From NCBI GenBank assembly GCA_965153285.1, contig OZ229118.1: 64,000 nucleotides of DNA; one strand, 5' to 3'. The translations under genes were made by a program, and so were the position numbers. Below the pieces are notes generated by a model. It saw only the letters and a program-made list of their open reading frames with translations, had not been told where the DNA came from and did not search any database. This DNA comes from Podarcis tiliguerta (lineage: Eukaryota). This document shows positions 51,991-64,000 of this stretch, one piece after another; positions within the stretch are counted from its first letter, which is position 1; every line of letters begins with the position of its first letter.

Positions 51991-54900
51991 ACAATAAAAA
52001 CTAGCAAAACAGGGTGCTAATGACTAGCAAAAGTGAGTCCATTTGGTGCATTCATTGTTACTATGATTAGCTGCGTTTGTAGGACTATCACAAGAACACC
52101 TCAAAAATTCTTGTCACCGAATAAAGTGAGGCACAACAAAAATAACTCCTCCATCTTTCCCAATGTGGCTTTCAGTGTATATTACAGGCATGTTACTCAA
52201 CCCCATGCTCTGCTTGTGGCAATCAAGAGGAGAGTACACCATGAGACAAGGTCGCATTCACACCATACATTTAAAGCACTATGATGCCACTTTAAACAGC
52301 CGTAGCTTCCCCCGAATTAATTATGGGAGCTGTAATTTGTTAAGGTTGCTGAGAGTAGTTAGGAGATCCCTTTTCCACTATGAGAACTACAGTTTTCGAA
52401 GTGACTTAACAATCAATCCCTCTTCACAGAGAACTCTAAGAAGTGTAGCTTTGTGAGGGGAACAGGGGTGTCCTAACACACTTAAACTACAGCTCCCATA
52501 ATTCTTTGGGGGAAGCTGTGGCTTCACAGTGCATAGCATCACAGTGTTCTAAATTTATGATGTGAATGTGGCCAAAGTCACACCCTTGCTTTCAGTTTGG
52601 TTTTCAAAATGGAGGGCTGTGAGCTGCTCCTGCCTTTCTGCCTGCCCAAAGTGTACATTGACATCCACACACAGGGCATGGGGCACATCCTGCCCAGAAC
52701 ATGCACAGATGGCTGAGCCAATGAAATGTCACTTGTGGGAGTGATATGCCATGGCTGACACGTGCCTGAGGCCCGGCTTCAGTAGCTATGCAGAAAGCAA
52801 AGCCGGCTTGTTATTGGTGAACATTCAGAGCCAAAGCAGCTTCTTTTATCTGTTAGATAGATCTTCATGATAATGGCTGTGTCTGTTTTCTGGGCGTTTT
52901 CTTTGGAACGAGGAGCCAGTGTGTTTTTATGTTGTTAATGGCTTTCAAAAAGTAGGAAAAGCAGCTAAAAGCAGATGGCAATTTAGGGTCTGATTCCGTG
53001 GATCAAGCCTCATTCCAGAAATGTGTCAGTAAGGCATTATGGCGAGAGTGATGAAAACCTTCTGCTAAGAGAGTTTAAAAGGAAAGGAAGGGTTGTGGTG
53101 GGGTGGGAAGAGAAACCAGATTTCCCCAAGAAACATTCCAAAACTCTGTCCCTCCAGTTCAAAATGACTAGAAGTGAGTGTAGCACTTCGCCCCCTCCCT
53201 TTCCCCCTCATTTCAACCTTCGCCAATTTCTTCATCTATCACTTTGTTTTATGCTTGCAAGTAATGGGAAGGGGATGCTTCGCTTCAGCTGGGGTCATGC
53301 TTTCGTTTACGAGGGTAAACCTATCCAAAGTCATTGTATTCCATTTTGGGAGCTACCAACGGCAAGCTGAATAATTCCTTAAACAAGTCTGTTAGCCCTG
53401 CAGTGTCTTGATCTAAGAACACGGCATTTCATTTCTTCGTTGATCAAAGATGGCTGACTAGATGGTAGCAACGCACCCAAGGGCCCTTGGAGCTTATGAT
53501 TAATGGAGGCTTGCGAGCCAAACTCCTGACACGTTCTTGTTTTGTTTTGGCCGGCTTGTCTAAAGAAAGCATGTCATGAGCAAACCGTGGACTTTGTGCA
53601 CCAGACCTCCGACGCCAGACATCCCCACATGCAGTGGTCGGCTTGGTTGTCGGTTGACTTAGGGCCAGGCTTCAGAGTCTGCCAAGTCGAAACAAGCACT
53701 TGCGCCGACAGCAAGATCAACAAGCAGTGGTAGCCTATACACTTCAGAAAATGGTGCAATGGGCAGACAGGAAAGAAGGAAGTCCTTTATTTACTGCGAG
53801 GTGAATGAGTTTCAAGTAAACCTACCTCCTTACTTTCAAGTAAAACTACAGTCCTGAAGATCTGCCCCAGTACACTTCCTGCATATTGGAGAAGCATCCC
53901 TGCAATGTTAGTGTAGTTTAAGTTGAAATGCTAAACACACTTATTGGGGAGTAAATTCCACTGGACACAGGGAAATTTAAGCCCTATTTATGTCTCCATG
54001 ACCCCAAGATACTCTCTGCTGGAAACATTTGCCCCCAAATATGTGGGAGGATTTAAACTGTGTAGATGACATCCCTGAGGGGGCGGGCAGGGCCTGACAT
54101 TATGTCCCTGTTTCTCCTCATGTGTTTGCTTAGACATAAGGCGGCTGAATCCTAAACAGGAAATTATTTCCACAAAAGCATGTATAGGATTGTGTTGTTA
54201 ACAATCTTTGTGACATTCTAGTGGTGTACCTATTAACTATTTCGCTGAATGTTCATGATATAAAGGAAATGAAGTAGAGATGTGGGGAAAATGTTGTTTT
54301 ATTTGTATTTCAATGAGAAACTACCTAATTCAAACTTCTCCATCCAATATGTAAATCAAAACACAGCTATCTTTCAGAATGTGTACAGAAATGCATAAAA
54401 ATGCATATGCTAGTGAAAATAGCATATAAAATGCATTATATTCTGGGGGATTGACAGATTTGCCCACCCATAAACTGAAGTCAGGGTTAGGCCATGAGGC
54501 AGCCAGGTTTGCATATGACAATAAATTACTGAGGATGATGAAATCCCAAGTAGACTCTGGAGGGCTGAAAAAAGATTTCCGCAAACTCAAATCTTGTCTG
54601 AAAGAAAAGATATGAATATTCAGACGAAAAACCAACAACCCTCTCATCCCAGCAGATGGCCGAAATGATCAAGGAGATGAAGCTAATGTTTAAATTAGCC
54701 ACAGCTCAAAGAATAACAAGTTTAAAGTAACATGACGTTTGGGATTAACATGAGTTAATATAACACGAGAAGCTGTAAGTATATTTTGGAAAAAGCTGAA
54801 ATGCTGCTGGGAAACAAGAAGTGAAAAAACTCAGGTCCAAAAATTAGCCTTTGAACCCAAAGTTATGTGACAAGAGAAACTCCATACAGTCAAAATAAGC

Positions 54901-55627
54901 CCTGGGACACTCTAACAAAAGACCAGCTTGAGGCCAGTTTACTGTCATATGTATTCTCGAAACATAAAGCAAGCTGGTCATTGAGTGAAGGGCAGAGGAA
55001 GCAAAGGCTCCACAAACATCTATAGCAGCAAGCAGCGCTGCAGCAAAACATTACAGCGAAGGGTTCTCCCGTTCAGTGTTCCAGCTGTGACTCCTTCGAG
55101 GATGGGCCCATTTTCTTCTAGGATCGTCCTCGATCTTACTTTACAGATGACAACCCTCTTTTTGAAAGGCTTTGGGGCCCAAGTCCATTTTAAAGGGAAA
55201 GAACCAGAGGAAGGGGAGAGCAAGGGCTTTAAAATTGCCCACTGAGCGGGAAGACTAGTCACCTGGCCACAGTCTTCCTGCTTATGGTGAGATGCATTGC
55301 ATTTCTATTTCAATCATAGCCATAAATTCTAAATTTTCACCTACCCATTCAGATTATCAGAGGCACATATTAGGCAAATATATCTCATCTTTTGCATATC
55401 CTATCCTGCTTGGTTTTCTGTTTCTTTTGCCCCCGTCCCCACCTCCGCACAACAGTCAGCATTCCAAGCGCAGCAAGTAAATGAGGTTCTCCTTGAGCAG
55501 TCTTGTGTCTCCCCCACCTGCCCAGGTAACAGACTTTTTCTATTCTGTAATCCCCAAGTTGTCCCAAGGACGCTGATGCATCTTCCCTGTTCATCTTGAC
55601 CACACAGGAATAGGAGAATCACTTAAC

Positions 55628-56037
55628 TGCTGTTGTTGTTGTTGTTTAGTCGTGTCCGACTCTTCATGACCCCATGGACCAGAGCATGCCAGGCACTCCT
55701 GTCTTCCACTGCCTCCCACAGTTTGGTCAAACTCATGCTGGTAGCTTTAAGAACACTATCCAACCATCTTGTCCTCTGTCGTCCCCTTCTCCTTGTGCCC
55801 TCCATCTTTCCCAACATCAGGGTCTTTTCCAGGGAGTCTTCTCTTCTCATGAGGTGGCTTCTCTTCTCATGAGCCTCAGCTTCAGGATCTGTCCTTCCAG
55901 TGAGCACTCAGGGCTGATTTCCTTAAGAATGGATAGGTTTGATCTTCTTGCAGTCCATGGGACTCTCAAGAGTCTCCTCCAGCACCATAATTCAAAAGCA
56001 TCAATTCTTCGGCGATCAGCCTTCTTTACGGTCCAGT
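55628..56037 (-). mobile_element. BovB (RTE clade) LINE 3' fragment
   Basis: LEKTLMLGKMEGTRRRGRQRTRWLDSV...WHALVHGVMKSRTRLN plus (CAA)n tail. Confidence 0.88.
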
Positions 56038-57052
56038 TTATATGATTAGTACTTGGCGGGCACCAGCTAATCTTTATCTGAGGCTGGAACCAATTTCAGC
56101 AAGACTGGGTTACGAGTCCAAAGGCAGGGCTTTCATAATGTTTTAACCTTGGGAGGGGGTACCCTACTTTCACAATATTTTTATACCACCTTTCAATGAA
56201 CATTTTCCATGTCATGCTTAGAGCTTATCCACACTTCCACTTGTCCCACTGCTTTCCCCTAGGAAAATCTGCTCTTTATTGCTAAAACAGAGCAAACACC
56301 AAACAGGTTTTCCATGGATTGATGTTTTCTCCAATTCAATGGTAGAGAGTGGGTTTTTCTGGAAAAAGTGAATTCCTTAGGAAACATGAGACAAGCATAA
56401 AATCTTTTGGAGCTGTGCCTTGAAAGCCTGGAGGAAGTATAGATGAGTCCTTAGATTTGACATCATAATAAATTGGATTTTTTAAACAATATAGCTCTGA
56501 TGGGCAAACACTGAAAGCAAGACATCCTTTTTTTAATTCTGCAGTTTCTCTTTTTCACAAATTTTCTTTTTTCAAAAAAAGAAACCCTGTCCCATTTCCC
56601 CCTTCTTTGTTTCCCATGCTTTAGACTGTAAGCCTGATTTTACGTAGCTCATTGTATTTTAGACCTTTCTAGTAATACATTTTCTACATACACAATACTT
56701 CCTCATAACGCAGGTTCAGTTGAACAAAGGTGAAAAATAAAAGTTACAAGAAAATAGGAGTTTCATATTTGCAAGAAGAAAATGCAAATTCGCCGACTTT
56801 GCCCAAAATGGCAGCTAATGTTACTTGTTAAATGACAACACAGGGAGGGGAAGAAACTGGCTGTCTACCAATTCTGCATAGTTAACAGAGCAGGTCCAAA
56901 CTGAACTCTGTGGAATCACATGCAGACAGACTTTAAATAATAAAAAGGCAAAACCAAGAACAAACCATGTTGTGCTTTGGGACAGAGCCTGAAAGCTGAA
57001 AACAGTTAAACGAATTAGTGGAGCTGGAAATGTTACAACCAAGGAACAGCTA

Positions 57053-57160
<108 letters not shown>

Positions 57161-57476
57161 TCAAAAGAAGAAAATAGATAACTATGTGCACATTTTTTCA
57201 GAAACCATTCCTATTTCCTAAGTTTATATGCCAATAGGATACTTGGGAATTCTAAGAAACCCCAAAAAATAATGCAAGTTTGTAATAGGTGGTTAAATTT
57301 AAGTGCAGTTTTGAAAGGTCCTGTCTGCCATCTTGATTCAAAATGGCATCCAATTGTATTGAAACACAGAGGAAAACCTGCTCCTTGATCCCAGAAATCA
57401 TCATGCAAAGTTTGGTTTAGATATCTTAAGAGGTGTCCAAATGCATAGTGAACAGAGAGACAACATTGCAAAATAT

Positions 57477-57707
57477 GTACCTCGGGTTAAGAACTTAATT
57501 CGTTCTGGAGGTCCATTCTTAACCTGAAACTGTTCTTAACCTGAAGCACCACTTTAGCTAATGGGGCCTCCCGCTGTCGCCATGCCACACAATTTCTGTT
57601 CTCATCCTGAAGCAGAGTTCTTAACCCGAGGTACTATTTCTGGGTTAGCCGAGTCTGTAACCTGAAGCGTCTGTAACCTGAAGGGCCTGTAACCCGAGGT
57701 ACCACTG
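57477..57707. mobile_element. Tc1/mariner-like MITE (same family, left TIR eroded)
   Basis: gtacctcgggttaag...gaggtaccactg|ta. Confidence 0.85.
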
Positions 57708-59258
57708 TAATAGGTTCTGTTTCACTGTTCCTCTTGTCAGCAGTGTTCAATTATTTACTTGTTAACCAATTTCTAAGGCACATGAACACTGCAGGGCAAA
57801 GCTTTCCCAGGGCAGCACACAGTCACTTTAAAACAATGGCCTGGTTTGAATGTAACACTAAGCCAAACCATAGCTAAGTGTGAACATGCAAGTGTGCAGC
57901 ACTTATAAATAAAATCACAGCTACTTCACTCTTCTGTGGTCCTGCTGTGCCATACTACCTGGAGCTAAGTCATGGTTTGGCTGTGTATTATGTCTAAACC
58001 CGGGATCATGGTTTGTTTCACTCCAAACTAACTGCAAGCTATAGTCATGGTTTGGTTTTTGTCTTACTGCTCACTTTTTGTCTGGGAACAATATAAAATA
58101 AACAATATAAGCTTAAAAAGACCCCACTCTGTTAACTTAAAATAGGGGGGGATAAGGTAATATAAAAAATTTAAATAGTATAAATCCCATTTATCTCATA
58201 ACAGAGAAGTCCTGATGAAATAAAAATATATTCAGGGATCATTTAGAAACAGTGAAGAAAGGAGACTGGTGAACATCTCAGGGTAGCGAATTCTACAAGT
58301 TTGGAGTCATTACCAAAAAAGATTCTGTCCCCCACTCATCCCCAAGTTATTTTTCCTTACATTTCCATTCCATAAAATAATGACTGAAGCACTGTGTGGA
58401 TCATCACCATTTGCAGATAACGAACCCCAAATGTCACAAAGAGTTTTAGCAAGCTTACAAAAATTTGTAGAATCTCCTCCACTCCCACCCTCAGATTGAA
58501 TATATTCCATAACATGCTGTTTACCCAAAGCACAACCAATTTTTGATTTTTTTCCTCTCTCTCCCTGGAAAAAGTGAGAAAACTGAGGAAAGTGCAATTA
58601 TGGCTAAATTAGCCATAGTGATGAAAAAGACTAAGCTCTTCTATTTCAGGAAAGAATGTTAAAAGTTTAGTTTTGCCATTCTTACTCAGACCGTACTCAG
58701 TTCCATACATACCTCAGAGCATAGACATATGTGCAAAGTTCACATTACCAGATGTTACTAGTATTGCTCAAGTTTAAAGCCTCAAAAATTGTATAGCAAA
58801 TTACATTATTTCCATTTCTAGGGCACGCTAAAAGTTTATGTCAAATATCCAAGTCAAAACATATCCAGAATCAAAATATAGGATGGTAATATCCACAGGT
58901 CCACAGATCCCCTCCCTACAGCCCAGCCAGAAAAATAATAAACCCAGTTATAAATGCAAACTAGAGTTGACTAATCATGACAACACAAATAAAATATACC
59001 AAGAACTAGCAGAAGTGTTTGGGCTAACTTAATTCCAGTGACTAGTTGCCTGTCCATTCTGGCAAATCCCTAGCTCCACAATTGTGGAGACAGACACTAA
59101 GAACCCCTGAATCCGTAATGCATGGAAAAGGGCAACAGCTCAGAGCATCCACCATGCATGCAGAAAGTCCCAGATTCAGTCTCCAGTGGCATCTCCAGGT
59201 AAGGCTTGCGGTGAACTCTGTCCACAACCCTGCAGAGCCCCTACCACTCGATGTAGAC

Positions 59259-59397
59259 CAGCATTTCCCAAGCTTGGGTCTCCAGTTGTTTTTCAGACTA
59301 CAATTCCCAACGTCCCTGACCACTGGTCTTGCCAGCTAGGAATGATGGGAGTTGTAGTCCAAAAACAGCTGGAGATCAGAGTTTGGGAAATATTGAG
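59259..59397. mobile_element. Short palindromic hAT-like MITE (related decayed copies near 17520, 20190, 24760, 26480, 37990, 48430, 50300)
   Basis: gactacaattccca...tgggagttgtagtc hairpin core. Confidence 0.7.
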
Positions 59398-59589
59398 TTT
59401 GATGGGCAGCTTCCTATGTTCTTACAGAGAGCAAATTGTAGACAATGGTCTAAATTGACCTTAAGAGATTGCAGTGAGGCATTTTAAGGGAAGGCAACCG
59501 CTTTGGCATATTAGGCCCAAGCCACCTAGCATCATAAACTGTGCTATAACACTATTAACAGTTCAGTAACATGCTGGTGTCATGTTGGT

Positions 59590-59673
59590 GTTTCCTGCTT
59601 GGCAGGGGGTTGGACTCGATGACCCTTGTGGTCTCTTCCAACTCTATGATTCTATGATTCTATGATTCTATGT
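59590..59673 (+). mobile_element. CR1 LINE 3' end
   Basis: gggttggactcgatgaccc...ttccaactctatg(attctatg)3 octamer tail. Confidence 0.85.
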
Positions 59674-59991
59674 GCTTTCCATTACCTTCTCTAACCAGAA
59701 GACCAACTGTTGTGTTCCTCACCATGTACATTCGCACAGAATTTTCTAAATCCATAATGAGAGCCAGTAGTGTGTAGTGGTTAGAGTGTTGGGCTAGGAC
59801 CTTGGAGACCTAATCACTGCTCAGCATTGAAGGTCACTGAGTGGCCTTGGGCCAGTCACCATCTCCAAACTTAACCAACCTCACAACTTTGTTGTGATGG
59901 TAAAATGGAGGGTGAGGGGAGAATCGTGTACACCATGGTTGAGCTCTCTGGAGGAAAGATGGGACATTTTAGTGTGGCAAATATTCAGCTA

Positions 59992-60186
59992 CAGTGGAAC
60001 CTCTACTCATGACCACAATCCATTCCGGAGGCCCATCCGGAAGTCGAAACGGGTTGCTGGGAGAGGCGCCGTTGTGTGCAGGCGTGGGTGGCGATTGCCC
60101 GCTCCTGCACATGCACGATCAGCGGCAAACCCGCCAGTTACTTCCAGGTTTGCCGTAGATGTTGGGAGTAACAAGAGGTTTGACTG
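59992..60186. mobile_element. Second Tigger-like MITE family, 57 bp from the exon 2 donor
   Basis: TA|cagtggaacctct...agaggtttgactg|TA; CpG-rich interior. Confidence 0.7.
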
Positions 60187-60243
60187 TAGATGAGTGGTCT
60201 CTCTGGATAAAATGCACCCACCGCACAATTATTCTTTGTTTAC

Positions 60244-60829
60244 CTCATAGGCATCTTTGATGTTCAAAGGCTGCCCCAAAGCTGCCACATGTCCCACTAT
60301 CCCTTTGTTCCACTCCAGACGGATGCCATTGTTTGAAGCTTCTTCCAAGGTGGAACCTTCGGCAACGTCAAAAAGCCTGCTGATGAGAAACTTCTCATTG
60401 GAACTGTCTTCACACACCAAAAAGAGGGAGTAGCGATCGGCGGCAATGAGTTCATGAATATGCAAGAAGATTTTGTGGCAAAGGGCTGTGACATCCAAGT
60501 GACTAGAAATGTCCTTCACCAATTCTAAGAGCCTTGAGCACTGATCCCCTGCATCGCTCCCAAGCGTCCGAGGTTGGAGAGGCATCTGCTCCTTCTTTTC
60601 GGAGTCCGACAAGAAACTCACGGTTCCAACACAATCCTTGACAACAATAGGCCTAAGGGGCCTGTCAAACTCAGAAGCAGAGATCTTCCTGGTTGGGGGT
60701 GTGGGATTAGTGCTCTCTGCCCGTGCGGCCTGGCTGGGACAAGAACAGGCGTCACCGTGCTGCTTGGCCCCCTCTTTGCACACTGGTATGGGATGAACTC
60801 TCTCAGAAAACCATGCATTGACCATCTCT
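60244..60829 (-). CDS. PDE5A: PDE5A exon 2 (586 nt): N-terminal regulatory region with PKG site and start of GAF-A
   Basis: ttttgcag|AGAGATG...TATGAG|gtaaac; [11 protein letters not shown]...[14 protein letters not shown]...LNIKDAYE. Confidence 0.96.
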
Positions 60830-62389
60830 CTGCAAAAGAAGAGAAGTGCAATAAATAATGACTTCCATAAAAAAGGGAATAAATGTTTAAGGAAGGCAGA
60901 TCCCCAAAGAGTAGTCTACTACCCATGCCTTCTAAACATGGCATTTTTTTAAAAAAAGATGTACACGTTGTACAGCCACATGCTTGTCCTTTGCTGAATG
61001 TTCTCCGTTTCCAGCCAACACAGAGGCTGACTTGAGCACTTAACATCTTGCGTCTCATAAAAAGGATGCATTCCCTCATCAAAAGCCAGCATCAGAAGTT
61101 CTACAATACTTACCCTTCCTATTCCTAATGGCTCAGAACTCTGAAGGATTGCAGATTTAGAAAGAAAATAATGGCCAACATGCAAGACAGACAAATGTAA
61201 ATCTGACATGTTTAAAAAGCAAACACTAAAAAGCTTAAAATGCTGAAGCAACACCAGTTCTACGTCAATTCTCCAATCTATGTAAATTACTCAAATTAAG
61301 TGTGTGCTGATTTCTTTTACATACATTTGCTTTGCTTCTGCTAGTTGTGGAGATGACCTCTGAAATCCTGCCCTTTAACTACTGCAAATTATGCTCTGTG
61401 CCTTCTTCACACTCAGCTTCTGAGCTGTCAGCAGGCTACACTATGCTCATACACTGACTGTTGCCTTCAGTTTAAAGAAACAATACAACTTTTGTGATGT
61501 TCTGTGGTATGGCTGCCTGTTTGTTCCTGGGTTCCAGCCTCAGCATCTCAAGTTAAGGCTGCAAATGTTGCCTGAAGCTCTGGAGAGCCAATGCCAGTGG
61601 AGTGTAGAATCAGAAGTCAATTAAAGAGGGAGAAAAAATATTGTAGATATAAAAACTGTGTTTTTATATGTGGGTTATGTACACCAGGTACTGTCATTAA
61701 AGCTAATTCTTTCACTTGCCATAATCCTCAAAACAAAGTACAGCTAATTGTTGCTGTATAATTCAGTTTCTCTGCTTCTGAACAATTGCTCGTGGTAACT
61801 CAGGAACGTTACAAGGCCCAATTTTTTTACAGAACTTTTATCCTTTACAGATGGTGGAGCAATGACTGCCAACTTTCCAGATTATAGTTAGAATGAAGCT
61901 TCCATGGAAACTAAAAGACTTAATGTGGAGGGAATAGTGTTGCATGATACTGAGGCTTTCAGGGACCAAGGATTTGTTCACTTGCGCCAGTTTTTTGCAA
62001 GCGAATATGAGAGGCATGATGTTCACTAGAGATGCTTTGTGCCCATGAAGCAATAATGCAGCCACTGCCTGCCTGTCCCTATATAGACCTACTAAGATCA
62101 CTGTGGTCATCTAGGAAGTTCCAGTTAGTGTATAGTGGAGATCTGTAAAGGGGTATTTTCCACTGTTGCCCTTGTCCTTTGGAATGTTCTTCACCCTAAC
62201 CATAGAGGAAGGCTCATGGGTTACTACTTTCCCAAACTTTCCCTGACTGCTACAGCAGGATGTAGTATTTTTATTATTATTATTTATAGTGCTGTATTGT
62301 TGTGATCCTTGATCGTTTTGTTTCTGGTGGTTTATGGCAATGGTTTTTAGTATACATTTTAAGTTTTTGCTGTAGACCACTTGGAGATG

Positions 62390-62489
62390 ATTTAATATTG
62401 AGTAGTTTACAAAGTGATATTGTTTTAATATTAAGTGGTTTAGAAGTGATATTGTTTTAATATTAAGTGGTTTAGAAGTGATATTGTTT
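62390..62489. repeat. ~32-bp minisatellite (~3 units)
   Basis: aagtgatattgttttaatattaagtggtttag repeated. Confidence 0.85.
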
Positions 62490-64000
62490 CGTCTGCCTAT
62501 TTAGGCATATAAAATAAAATTGTACATCAACGTTCTCAGGATAATGTGCTCTGCTGTATACAGGAATCCCCTACGCACAGCCTTTGAATTTTTTAAAAAA
62601 TTAAACTCTCTTCTAACTTTAAATAAACAAATAAATAAATTCATATCACGCCCATCTGGCTGGGTTTCCTCAGCCACTCAGGGTGGTTTCCAGCACATAT
62701 AAAAACATAATAAAATATCAAACATTAAAAATAAATATCTCTTGAAATAACTAAGACAGAAGAATGTACGCAGATGTTGCCTGCTACTGGAACCTAGGGT
62801 GCTCACCTGCTGGGAGTTTTTATATTAATGCCATTAGCTAGCTCTGCCTTTTAAATTAGCATATGTTAAGAGGTAAAGGGGATCCTTTTATCTCAGCGTG
62901 CTTTTCCTTTCTTGAAGCAGCTCAGCCTGGCTTTCTCATAGCAATTCTTACAGTTATTCGAGGATGACTGTTAAGAATTAGGAATATGGCAGCTTGACTA
63001 AGCGGAATGCAGGGATAAAATTGAACTTCTTGTGCCTCGTCAGTAGCCAATGGTCGCAGTCATACAAAAAGCTAAAGCATAACTTGCTGCTAAGTAGATG
63101 AATGGGAAGGAGCCTTGGACTTCAAAAGGAGGACCCTGGAAGAGTTTAGTTTCAGCAATAAAATAACCTGACTTGTAGTTATGTAGATATCAGTCATCAT
63201 GGCATGTGAACCCAAGACCTGTGGCAAGAGCTCAAGTGTGCAACACTAAACCATGGTTTAGCGTTACATGCCAGCATGGCCACAGTGTTTGCTTTTGTTT
63301 TGTTCTGAATCCTCAAACAAGTTGTACCAGAACCTTGCAGGATCAGGAGGCAATGCGATGATCATTACAGCAACACAATGCAACACGGCACACCACTGGG
63401 CCAATCATGTTTCAGTGACACACATTACATCCACACTGTACATTTAAAGCATATTTAATGCACACCCCCAAAGAATCCTGGGAACTATAATTTGCTGGGA
63501 ATTGTTGATTAAGGAGGGCTCTCAGGATTCTTTGGAGGAAGCCTTGTTATTTAGAAATATGGTGTGGCAACATCAACTGCGCTACTATTGCAACCAGATA
63601 CCTTGGTGTGATTGTTCAGGCTCTGGGCTTTCTATATTTTGCTCACAATCTAAAGAGCTAAATGTATAACACTAGCAATCTGGAGGACTTCTGATCTTTA
63701 TTCACTGCCTTCTTCCAGAGAGCCTCTATAGCCCAAGAAACACGAGAATGTCAAGACTGACTTGCTATACTGCAGAAGCTTGTATTATGCAGAAGATTGT
63801 GTCTGATAATGTCTACAGAGGCACTCCAAAGAGGAAGTAAATAAATTAATTTAAAACAACACTGAGAACATAAGAGGCAGACAGGGAGACTGATTTAATC
63901 AGATCGAAGTCAGAGGCAGCGTTTGCACAAAAATGCCTCCTTTTACAGGATTGTCAAACAATGTGATTCTCGCCCGCTGCTGGTGTTATTTTTAAATAAG

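Noticed and set aside
60830-64000. Search for PDE5A exon 1 or its promoter
   Set aside because: No CpG island or exon-1-like coding sequence is visible; it presumably lies beyond the window.

Overview
Vertebrate genomic DNA, almost certainly a squamate and probably a lacertid lizard (inferred from Sauria/Squam SINEs and BovB, L2 and CR1 fragments). The window lies inside the PDE5A gene (cGMP-specific 3',5'-cyclic phosphodiesterase 5A) on the minus strand. Coding exons 2-19 (human numbering, from memory) are all found with GT-AG boundaries and consistent phases; exon 1 lies beyond the right edge and exons 20-21 beyond the left. The introns are full of SINEs, LINE fragments and MITEs. The most notable accessory feature is a ~6.7 kb Ngaro-type (DIRS order) tyrosine-recombinase retrotransposon in intron 4 (30909-37633, antisense to PDE5A). 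It has split direct repeats A1...B1-A2-spacer-B2, decayed RT/RNase H/YR and an SGNH hydrolase ORF. Its terminal repeats look identical although its enzymes are dead, which suggests a recently mobilised non-autonomous family. It also has a palindromic circle-junction site, a strongly structured B repeat, and an internal duplication that could act as a newborn intron. I see no evidence for a wholly new gene system; novelty claims are limited to these details.
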